From an uncultured Verrucomicrobiae bacterium (lineage in GTDB: Bacteria; Verrucomicrobiota; Verrucomicrobiia; Chthoniobacterales; Chthoniobacteraceae), in NCBI GenBank assembly GCA_963828525.1, contig CAWHEP010000001.1, forward strand, positions 96,001 to 160,000: a stretch of DNA of 64,000 bases. Reading direction: 5' to 3'. Below the pieces are notes generated by a model, which saw only the letters and a list, made by a program, of their open reading frames with translations, searched no databases and was not told where the DNA came from. Both the position numbers and the translations under genes were made by a program. Below are positions 55,854-64,000 of the stretch, piece after piece. Position 1 is the first letter of the stretch. Each line of letters begins with the position of its first letter.

Positions 55854-57474
55854 TGGCTGCGGAGCATCGCCTGGCGCCGAGACGGAGGGGGTTCGGGCCC
55901 AGCTGCGGGATCTCGCGGCTCCTGCCCCGGAGCTGCGCGTTCTGGTTCTGGCACCGACGAGAAACGACGCGGCGCTGACCGCTCAGTTCCTGCAAAGCGC
56001 CGGTTTGGCGGCGGAGATTTGCGCCAACCTCGCCGAGCTCTGTGCCCGTATCGCGGGTGGCTGCGGCGCCGTTGTACTCGCGGAGGAGGCACTCGCCGTA
56101 CCCTCGATAGACATCCTTCTGACAACGCTGGCGCGGCAACCTTCGTGGTCGGACCTGCCCCTCGTCATCATCACTGGCGTCGCCGAGGCGCGCCTGCCGC
56201 GGGGTCGCCTGGCGCGACTCGGTCCCGTCGGGAACGTTTCCATTGTCGAAAGGCCGGTGCGGCCAGAGACGCTGGTGAGCGCCTGCGAAGTGGCCTTGCG
56301 CTCGCGGCGCCGGCAATACGAGGTGCGGACACTTATCGCGCAAGCAAAGGAGGCGGACCGCCAAAAAGACGAATTTCTTGCCATGCTCGCCCATGAGCTG
56401 CGCAATCCGCTCGCCTCTGTCGCCAGCGCGACCAGTCTTCTGCAGAGTGAGCCCGACGTGGCGGAGCGGAGCTGGGCGCTAAAGGTGATCGAGCGGCAAT
56501 CTCGGCAGCTCGGCCGCCTGATTGACGACCTGCTCGATGTCTCGCGGATCAACACAGGAAAAATTCGCCTCCGACGGGAAAAAATCGATGCGGCCCTCAT
56601 TCTGGACCAAGCCAGCGAAGCGGCGAGGCCGCTCATCAAGGCGCGCGGGCATCAGCTCACCTGCCGCTATGAGCGCGGCGCGCTTTGGTTGGACGCCGAC
56701 CCTCTGCGCATTGAGCAAATTGTGCTGAACCTCCTGCACAACTCCGCCAAATATACGCCGACGAACGGTCAGGTCACACTCTCAGCGTGGCGGTGGGAGG
56801 ACGAGATTTTCATCACCGTCGAGGACAACGGCATAGGCATCGCGCCGGAGCGACTCCCGGAGATGTTTCGGCTCTTCGCGCAAGGCGAGCGCTCCATCGC
56901 GCGGAGTGAAGGAGGGCTCGGCGTCGGCCTAACCATCGTGCAACGGCTGGCGGAGCTGCACGGTGGCCGCGTCGAGGCGCATAGCGACGGCCCGCGCCTC
57001 GGCAGTGTCTTCACCGTGCGGCTGCCCGCGCTCCCAGCCCATCTCCTGCCGCTCCCCACCGCTCCGGTTCCGCTGGCTCCCGGAAGCCTTTTCTCAAAAC
57101 TGCGCCTCCTCATCGTGGATGATAACGCAGATACTGCCGGCGCTCTGGCCAAGCTTCTCCGCCGCGCGGGTCACGAAGTCGCGGTGGCTCACGATGGTCT
57201 GGAAGCGCTCGACTGCGCGCGCCGCCAGAGTCCTGAGGTGGTCATCCTCGATATTGGCCTTCCCGGTATGGACGGTTACGAAGTCGCCCGGCGTCTCCGC
57301 GAAGAACTCGCCCGCGACGAACTCCTTATGATCGCAGTCACAGGCTATGGGCAGGATCAGGACCGGGAGCATGCTTTGCAAAACGGCTTCGACCATCACT
57401 TGGTTAAACCGGTGGACATCACGGAATTGAAACGCCTGCTGGTTCGCAAGAACACCGCGCCATCGATTGAATAA
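55843..57474 (+). CDS. Cytoplasmic hybrid histidine kinase (pseudo-REC, HisKA, HATPase, REC)
   Basis: LAHELRNPL, NLLHNSAKY, DNGIG, GGLGVGL, C-terminal VDD / LDIGLP / LVKP; overlaps the KaiC-like stop. Confidence 0.9.
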   Translation: MIPDGCGASPGAETEGVRAQLRDLAAPAPELRVLVLAPTRNDAALTAQFLQSAGLAAEICANLAELCARIAGGCGAVVLAEEALAVPSIDILLTTLARQPSWSDLPLVIITGVAEARLPRGRLARLGPVGNVSIVERPVRPETLVSACEVALRSRRRQYEVRTLIAQAKEADRQKDEFLAMLAHELRNPLASVASATSLLQSEPDVAERSWALKVIERQSRQLGRLIDDLLDVSRINTGKIRLRREKIDAALILDQASEAARPLIKARGHQLTCRYERGALWLDADPLRIEQIVLNLLHNSAKYTPTNGQVTLSAWRWEDEIFITVEDNGIGIAPERLPEMFRLFAQGERSIARSEGGLGVGLTIVQRLAELHGGRVEAHSDGPRLGSVFTVRLPALPAHLLPLPTAPVPLAPGSLFSKLRLLIVDDNADTAGALAKLLRRAGHEVAVAHDGLEALDCARRQSPEVVILDIGLPGMDGYEVARRLREELARDELLMIAVTGYGQDQDREHALQNGFDHHLVKPVDITELKRLLVRKNTAPSIE

Positions 57475-57507
57475 ACTTGGATTTTTTGCGAGGCGCCAGC
57501 TGCGGGT

Positions 57508-59043
57508 TTAGCCAGCGAGATCCTTCTCCAGAAACGCCGCGGCGGATTCCAACGCCTTGGCGCGATCCCCGGCAGGGCGTTTTTGCCAGCCTTGGACCAA
57601 AGCGCGCATGCGGGGATTTTCGCCGAAGCGGTCGGCGTGGTGATCGATGAAATTCCAGTAAAGGTAGTTGTAGGGGCAGGCGTCGGGGCCGGTTTTCTGG
57701 TCAGGATCGAAGCGGCAGCCTGCGCAGTAGTTGCTCATCTTGCGAATGTAAGCGCTGGTGGAGGCATACGGTTTGGTCGCCATGTAGCCGCCATCGGCAT
57801 AGAGCGACATGCCGATGACGTTGGCGGCCATAACCCAGTCAAAGGCGTCGACATACATCTCGAGGAACCACCGCAGCGCTTCCTGGGGGCGGATGCCCGC
57901 GATGAGGAAGAAGTTTCCGAGGATCATGAGCCGCTGGATGTGGTGATTCCATCCAAGGTCAAGGGTTTGGCGAACGACGTGGTGAAGGCAGTTCATGGGC
58001 GTCTCGCCGGTGTAAAACCACGCGGGGAGCGGGCGCTCGGCGTCAAGTTCATTCAGCGCGTGGTATTCTTGGCCGCGGTGCCAGTAAACGCCGTTGATGA
58101 ATTCGCGCCAGCCGACGATCTGGCGGACGTAGCCCTCCACGGAATTGATGGGCGCCTCGCCCTTCTGGTAGGCGCGGAGGGCGGCTTCTACGCATTCCCG
58201 CGGGGTGAGTAAACCGAGATTGAGCAACGGCGATAGGACGGAGTGGAAGAGGAACGGCTCTCCTTCGGACATCATGTCCTCATAGACGCCGAAGGTGGGC
58301 AGGCGCTCGCGAATAAACAGGTTCAGCCAGCGGAGGGCGCCGGCGCGATCAACCGGCAGCCACATGTCGGCGGCGCGGCCCGGATGATCCTTGAACTCGC
58401 GCGCGACCATCTCAATGACTGCAAGCGTGATGGCGTCCGGCTTCTCGCGCGGCGCGGTGCTCGCGGTCGGGCGGCCAGCGCGTTTCCAGATGGAGAAGGT
58501 GGCGCGATTTTCTGGATCGAAATTCCACGCTCCGCCCACCGGCTGGCCATCTTTGTCCATTAGCCAGCCAAAGCGTTTACGGAGCCGCCGATAGTGGTTT
58601 TCCATCAGAAGACGGCGCGAGTCTTTGGCCCACTGGTGGAAGTCATCGCGCGTCATCAGGAATTGCGTCGTCGGCACGAGATCGATCTGGACTTGGAGCT
58701 TGCGGCCCAGGCGCTCGATGACCTCGGTCTCAAAAAAGGAATTCGGCTCCGCCAGCACGATCTTCTCCGGGCGATGCCGGCTAATGTGCCGCTGAAGGCC
58801 AGTTTCGAAAGTGAGCGCCTCTTCTAACAGAACATAGTCAACCTCCCAGCCGCTCTCCCGTAAACTTTCAGCGAAATGCCGCATGGCGCTGTAGACAAGG
58901 ACGAGCTTGATTTGGTGAAAGCGATGCACCGCCCCGCGAGCCTTCGACTCGATCATCACGATCCGCGCGGCACCCGGCGGGGTCTTTGCGAGGACGGCGT
59001 GCTCCAGCGAAAGCTGGTCGCCTAAGATCCAGATCGTGTCCAC
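57508..59043 (-). CDS. Fe-S cryptochrome/(6-4) photolyase family protein (FeS-BCP, PhrB/CryB-like)
   Basis: WILGDQL, GGAWNFD, HHIQRLM, TKPYAS, four Cys (MNC, YCAGC, ACP). Confidence 0.9.
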   Translation of the reverse strand: MDTIWILGDQLSLEHAVLAKTPPGAARIVMIESKARGAVHRFHQIKLVLVYSAMRHFAESLRESGWEVDYVLLEEALTFETGLQRHISRHRPEKIVLAEPNSFFETEVIERLGRKLQVQIDLVPTTQFLMTRDDFHQWAKDSRRLLMENHYRRLRKRFGWLMDKDGQPVGGAWNFDPENRATFSIWKRAGRPTASTAPREKPDAITLAVIEMVAREFKDHPGRAADMWLPVDRAGALRWLNLFIRERLPTFGVYEDMMSEGEPFLFHSVLSPLLNLGLLTPRECVEAALRAYQKGEAPINSVEGYVRQIVGWREFINGVYWHRGQEYHALNELDAERPLPAWFYTGETPMNCLHHVVRQTLDLGWNHHIQRLMILGNFFLIAGIRPQEALRWFLEMYVDAFDWVMAANVIGMSLYADGGYMATKPYASTSAYIRKMSNYCAGCRFDPDQKTGPDACPYNYLYWNFIDHHADRFGENPRMRALVQGWQKRPAGDRAKALESAAAFLEKDLAG

Positions 59044-59242
59044 TTTAGTTGAAAGATTCGGCTGGCGCGCCGGGCCCTATTTCCTTGCGAGCGGCACCGT
59101 CTTTGCCTTCCCGGATCGGCGGCTTTTCCAGCGGGCCTGTTTGCTTTTCTTAGGCAGGGCTTTCCCAAAGTTCAGCAGTTTCTTGCAAACATCTTAACAA
59201 TTCGCGCCCGAATGCCCATTTGGCCTCTGCCCCACGTCGGCG

Positions 59243-59314
<72 letters not shown>

Positions 59315-59462
59315 GTTGCCTTGGAAAACCAAGCTGATGGGGAACGAGATTACAGGGCGAGGATGCTCGGCGCAAAGTTTTTCGGAGATGCGGCTGGGAC
59401 AGCGCGTTATTGCCGCGCATTTTTTAAGTTGGCATGGCGGTGGATTTGAACGAATGGGGAAC

Positions 59463-60143
59463 ATGAAAATTCTCCTCCCCGGACTCGCAGCTTTTTCCTT
59501 TTTGATGGTTGCGGCGGAGGCCGACGTGACAATCGTGCAGAAGGTGGAGGGGACTGGCCAGGCCGGTGAGATGACAATGGAGCTAAAAGACAACAAGGCC
59601 CGAACCAATCTGTCCGGGCAGATCAGTACGATAACCGATCTTGATTCTGGCGACGTCGTCACCCTAATGCACGCGCAGAAGAGTTTCATGAAGATGTCGG
59701 GCGGGACAACGAAGGCGTTGCTGGAGCAGATGAGGAAGATGACCAAGGCATCGGGCGGAACGATGGGCGCCAAGCCGCAGCCAACCGGGAACAAGGAGAA
59801 GATAAACGGCTACGACACTGAGGAGTACAAGAGCGAGTTTGGGGTAATCAAGATGAGCTTCTGGATCGCAAAGGACTTTCCCGGCTCCGCCGCCGTGCTC
59901 GCGGAGATGAAGAAGCTGGAACAGGGAAGCATGGGAGGGGCCAGGGCGCTGATACCGGGCGCCGATGATCTTCCCGGGATGCCGGTGCGCACGGAGATCG
60001 ACGCAAACGGGCAGAAAACGACTACCACGCTGGTATCGGTAAAGGAAGCGCCCATCGACGCGAAGGATTTTGACGTGCCTTCCGATTACAAGGAAATGAA
60101 GATGCCGGCGTTACCTTCCATGCCTCCTCCGCCGCCGCAGTAG
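59463..60143 (+). CDS. Exported DUF4412-like protein
   Basis: Signal peptide, PTGNKEKINGYDTEEY, FWIAKD, FDVPSDYKE. Confidence 0.75.
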   Translation: MKILLPGLAAFSFLMVAAEADVTIVQKVEGTGQAGEMTMELKDNKARTNLSGQISTITDLDSGDVVTLMHAQKSFMKMSGGTTKALLEQMRKMTKASGGTMGAKPQPTGNKEKINGYDTEEYKSEFGVIKMSFWIAKDFPGSAAVLAEMKKLEQGSMGGARALIPGADDLPGMPVRTEIDANGQKTTTTLVSVKEAPIDAKDFDVPSDYKEMKMPALPSMPPPPPQ

Positions 60144-60256
60144 GGCGCGTAGAGCTGGGCTTGCCTGTCCAAAACAGGTAGTTCTCCTGAACCAGTCGCG
60201 CGGTTGCGCCCCTCGAATTCTCTTTTCATCTTCAGTCAGCCGTATAGCTTTGGTGT

Positions 60257-60832
60257 GTGGCTGGCCGCAGTATGGTACTTGCTTCCACTTCCCCACGCCG
60301 GCGGTCGCTGCTCATCGAGCATGGCTATGGCGTGGAGATCGTTTCCCCCGATGTTGAGGAATCAGCGCCTGATTACTTCACGCCGGCGGAGATCACTCTC
60401 CTGAACGCGAAGAAAAAGGCGGCGGCGGTAAGCCGCAGACATCCCCAATCGATTGTGCTCGCGGCTGATACGCTCGTCGCGGTGGACGGCAGCATCTTCG
60501 GAAAACCGCGGACCATGGACGAAGCCTTCGACATGTTGCGCCGGTTGAGCGGGCGCGCGCATGAAGTTTTCTCCGGAGTCTGGATGACACGCGCGGGCAC
60601 CGGCGAGAGCCGGCACTTCGTGGAGATGAGCCGGGTGCATTTCCGGAGGCTGGAAGAGGCGGAAATTCGGGATTATTTCACGCGGGTCAACCCCCTCGAT
60701 AAAGCAGGCGGCTACGCCGCGCAGGAGGATGATCCAAGAATCATCATGCGCATTGAAGGATCTCGAACCAACGTCATCGGTCTTCCGATGGAGGCCATTG
60801 AGGCCGCGCTGGCTGAGTTTGGAAGTCCCTAG
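60257..60832 (+). CDS. maf: Maf family nucleotide pyrophosphatase
   Basis: LASTSPRR, AADTLV, FGKP, DKAGGY, NVIGLP; start may be ATG at 60272. Confidence 0.92.
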   Translation: MAGRSMVLASTSPRRRSLLIEHGYGVEIVSPDVEESAPDYFTPAEITLLNAKKKAAAVSRRHPQSIVLAADTLVAVDGSIFGKPRTMDEAFDMLRRLSGRAHEVFSGVWMTRAGTGESRHFVEMSRVHFRRLEEAEIRDYFTRVNPLDKAGGYAAQEDDPRIIMRIEGSRTNVIGLPMEAIEAALAEFGSP

Positions 60833-60858
60833 CGCCGGTCGGGGGGAGGCAGACTGCT

Positions 60859-61125
60859 TCAAAGGTGCAATTGAGGGTATTCCCATTCGGCGAAACCCCC
60901 TTCGCATTTCTGGCTGGGACACCTGAAATGGCATTCCGAGTGTTCATCCTCGAAAACACGAATGTCACGCCCGATGAAAAGATGCTCGCAGGCGGCGCAG
61001 AAACGCAGCTCTGTGATTGACCACCACTGCTTGAAGGCGTCCGCCTTTTGAAGCAGTCGCAGCTTCCGGCTGTCCGTGAGGAGGAGCGGGTGCAATGTCA
61101 GTGCTTTCTTTGTTCCGGGGCCCAT
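60859..61125 (-). CDS. Small hypothetical protein with Cys motifs (putative Zn finger)
   Basis: FCAACE...CHFRCPSQKC...W; fills the gap between maf and bamA. Confidence 0.6.
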   Translation of the reverse strand: MGPGTKKALTLHPLLLTDSRKLRLLQKADAFKQWWSITELRFCAACEHLFIGRDIRVFEDEHSECHFRCPSQKCEGGFAEWEYPQLHL

Positions 61126-61296
61126 GTCAGAAGATACGCTTGGCAGGGTGTCGAGGCAAATCCCGGCACGGGCGTTCTCCTTCGGCAATGGCCGCCTGGC
61201 GCGTCATAAAATCGCTACTTGACCTTTCTTCTCCCTTTCACCATCAATTACCGCCATCAAAAGCCCAGCATCCAATTGGCCGGGCGGCATACTTCT

Positions 61297-63615
61297 ATGA
61301 AATCCAGCCAACTTGACCTGTTCCGGGACGTGCTCCGCCGGATTCTACTCTCGGTGTTCCTTGTAGGCAGTGGCCTCGCGCAGGCGCAGCAGCAGTCCCC
61401 GCCGGTGGTAAGGCAAATTGAAATCCAATATGCCGGACCCGCTACGGTCAGCCGTGAGCGGATCATTGCCAATATGCGAACCGCGGTTGGGAAGGTCTAC
61501 TCAGACCAGGTTGTCGAGGAGGATATCCGCAACTTGTATGCGACCGGCAACATCACCAATGTCCGAATTTTCGGCGAGCCCCTTTCGGACGGAGTGAAGG
61601 TCGTTGTTGTGCTCCAGACGAAGTCAAAAGTGGGCGAGATCGTCCTGAATGGTGTCACGGAATTGAAGGTGAAGTCGCTGCGCAAGGAATTCACGACGAA
61701 GGTGGGCGACACACTCACGGAGTCCAATCTTGAGCAGGATCGGCAGAAGATCCTCGATGACTATCAGGAGAAGGGCTACAAGGACACGGAAGTCAAATCC
61801 CGGACAGAGTCGAATGAGTTGACGGGACAGACCCGCGTCATCTTCGACGTCAAGGAAGGCGGCAGAACGGTAATCTCCGTCGTGAGCTTCGAAGGTAACC
61901 ACGTGTTTACCGCAAAGCAGTTGCGGCACGAGGTCAAAACAGGGCCTCATAACCTCCTCTCTTTCATCACAAAGAAGGGACTGCTACAGAATGACCAGAT
62001 CGATGAGGACCTTACGAGCCTGCGCGAATTCTACCAGAACCACGGCTATATAGACGTCGAAGTTCCCTCGCCACGCATCGATTCCTACAGCAGCGGGAAG
62101 GTCGGGGTGGTGTTTCAGATCGTGGAAGGAAATCAATATCACGTTGGCCGCGTGGACGTTTCCGGCCAGACGCTATTCACCGGCGATGAGATCGCCAGAA
62201 AGCTCAAGCTAATGCCGGGGAAGGTCTATTCCCCCAAAGCGATGAGGGATGACACGAAGGCCATTCAGGACCTGTATGGCGCGAAGGGGTATGTTGATCT
62301 CGCTGTCACGCCCGAGACCGTTTCCGGTGGCGCGGGATTGATCAACGTGACCTTCAAACTGGATGAAGGTCTTCAGTCCTATATCGAACGCATCAATATT
62401 CAGGGCAATACACGCACAAAGGACAAAGTCATCCGTCGCGAACTCGATGTCGCTCCCGGTGAACTTTATGACACGACAAAGGTCGATCTCAGCAAGGAGC
62501 GGCTCAAGAATCTAAATTACTTCGGCAAGATCGAAACCTATCCCACCGAAACCTCCGTTCCGGGCCGCAAGGATCTCAATGTTCTCGTCGAGGAGAAGAG
62601 AACCGGCACGTTCAACTTCGGAGCGGGATTCAGTTCGATCGACAGCCTCATCGGTTTTGCCGAAATCCAGCAGAGCAACTTCGATCTTTTTGGGTATCCA
62701 CACTTCGTTGGCGGTGGCCAGAGGATGAGAATGCGGGTGCAGTTGGGAAATCAGCGGCAGGATTTGATCATCGGTCTAACCGAGCCTTGGTTCCTCGATT
62801 ATCAGGTCGCTGTCGGTGGTGAACTCTTCTTCCACAATGCGAGCTACCTCAGCACCTATTACAATCAGACGGACTACGGGTTTGATCTGAATGCCAGGAA
62901 AGCCCTGACAAACTTCCTCGCGGTGCGACTGGATTACCGAATTGAGGAAATTGGAATCAATGGAATCAGCTCGGATGCGTCGCAACAGATCAAGGCAGAA
63001 CGCGGATCACTGCTAAAAAGCTCTCTCACCACGGGTCTTACCTACGATACGAGGGACAACCTTTTCCTTACGCGTCATGGGCAGAAGATTGACTTCTCCA
63101 TCTACGCTGCTGGCGGCCCTCTTGGAGGCCAGGACAAGATTTACGGGTTCGACCTGAAAGGCAGTCAGTATTTCCTGCTGCCTTACGACACCATTCTGCT
63201 GTTCAGCGGCGAAGCAGCCACGGTCAGCACCTGGTTCAATGGAACGCGTGTGCCGATCTTTGATCGCCTGTTCCTTGGCGGCGCCAATGATCTGCGTGGT
63301 TTCAAATACAGGGACGTGGGTCCCAAGGATCATAATGGCGAACCACTTGGAGGCGACACCATGGCCCGCGCTACCGTGGAATACACCTTCCCGATCGTCG
63401 AACGACTCCGCGGAGCCGTTTTCTCCGACGCGGGCATCGTGAACGGTGGTTCCTACGATTTTAACACCAGCAACATCAACTCAGACGTCGGTATCGGCGC
63501 TCGCATTGATCTGCCAATCGGCCCCGTGCGTCTTGATTATGGCGTTCCGCTCCAGACAGATTCCTTCAATGGACATGGCGGGAAATTTAATTTCAATATC
63601 GGTTATCAATTTTGA
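61297..63615 (+). CDS. bamA: Outer membrane protein assembly factor BamA
   Basis: POTRA repeats, GNTRTKDKVIRRE, LRGF, terminal Phe (IGYQF). Confidence 0.95.
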   Translation: MKSSQLDLFRDVLRRILLSVFLVGSGLAQAQQQSPPVVRQIEIQYAGPATVSRERIIANMRTAVGKVYSDQVVEEDIRNLYATGNITNVRIFGEPLSDGVKVVVVLQTKSKVGEIVLNGVTELKVKSLRKEFTTKVGDTLTESNLEQDRQKILDDYQEKGYKDTEVKSRTESNELTGQTRVIFDVKEGGRTVISVVSFEGNHVFTAKQLRHEVKTGPHNLLSFITKKGLLQNDQIDEDLTSLREFYQNHGYIDVEVPSPRIDSYSSGKVGVVFQIVEGNQYHVGRVDVSGQTLFTGDEIARKLKLMPGKVYSPKAMRDDTKAIQDLYGAKGYVDLAVTPETVSGGAGLINVTFKLDEGLQSYIERINIQGNTRTKDKVIRRELDVAPGELYDTTKVDLSKERLKNLNYFGKIETYPTETSVPGRKDLNVLVEEKRTGTFNFGAGFSSIDSLIGFAEIQQSNFDLFGYPHFVGGGQRMRMRVQLGNQRQDLIIGLTEPWFLDYQVAVGGELFFHNASYLSTYYNQTDYGFDLNARKALTNFLAVRLDYRIEEIGINGISSDASQQIKAERGSLLKSSLTTGLTYDTRDNLFLTRHGQKIDFSIYAAGGPLGGQDKIYGFDLKGSQYFLLPYDTILLFSGEAATVSTWFNGTRVPIFDRLFLGGANDLRGFKYRDVGPKDHNGEPLGGDTMARATVEYTFPIVERLRGAVFSDAGIVNGGSYDFNTSNINSDVGIGARIDLPIGPVRLDYGVPLQTDSFNGHGGKFNFNIGYQF

Positions 63616-63671
63616 ACGAATGCGCGAGTGTGCGGTCTTAGTTCATCCAATTTAGCTCTCTTCGCGTCTCT

Positions 63672-64000
63672 ATGAAAAAACTCGCAAGCTTCGTCACAAT
63701 CCTCCTGCTCGCTCTTTGCGCCGCAGTTCCTTCCGCTCATGCGCAGTCAAAGATCGGCATGGTGGATATGAACAAGATTTTCTCTTCCTATTCGAAGACG
63801 AAGGACGCCGAATCGCGGATCAATGAAGCGCGCGCCCGGGCGAAGCGTGATTTGGATGATCGCATGGATACTTACAAGAAGACCATGGACGACATCAACC
63901 AGTTGAATATCGAGATTGACCGTCCTGAACTCAGCAAACAGCTGAAAGATGAAAAGATGAAGTCGCGCGACGATAAAATCGCGGAGACGAAGAACCTGGA
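63672..64000 (+). CDS. skp: Periplasmic chaperone Skp/OmpH (partial, runs off the window)
   Basis: Signal peptide, KIGMVDMNKIF followed by coiled coil; follows bamA. Confidence 0.85.
   Translation, partial: MKKLASFVTILLLALCAAVPSAHAQSKIGMVDMNKIFSSYSKTKDAESRINEARARAKRDLDDRMDTYKKTMDDINQLNIEIDRPELSKQLKDEKMKSRDDKIAETKNL

Overview
64 kb of a high-GC bacterial chromosome, most likely Verrucomicrobiota (Spartobacteria/Chthoniobacterales-like; inferred from the tRNA-Thr-tuf-tRNA-Trp-secE gene order and overall gene content). It holds the core tRNA-Thr/tuf/tRNA-Trp/secE/nusG/rplKAJL/rpoBC cluster (8.6-21.2 kb), bamA-skp at the right end and tRNA-Val. Accessory loci: an ACP-less ketosynthase plus catalytically dead KS (CLF-like) pair divergent from mqnE; an A-B-B'-A' array of four polytopic GT-C-type glycosyltransferases followed by AsmA-like and HEAT-repeat genes; a Zn-ribbon/TM/PT-linker/OmpA gene paired with an FHA-FHA-ABC transporter; a translationally coupled C5-methyltransferase plus DUF4928-like putative nuclease between GH2 and GH92 genes; and a signalling locus (deleted cheB::kinase remnant, receiver, stand-alone DHp protein, double-domain KaiC-like ATPase, pseudo-receiver hybrid kinase) next to an Fe-S cryptochrome/photolyase. 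Several frameshifts, mostly single extra bases and including one in essential rpoC, suggest sequencing indels. No CRISPR array, rRNA, integrase or transposase was seen. All calls come from reading motifs by eye; no searches were run.
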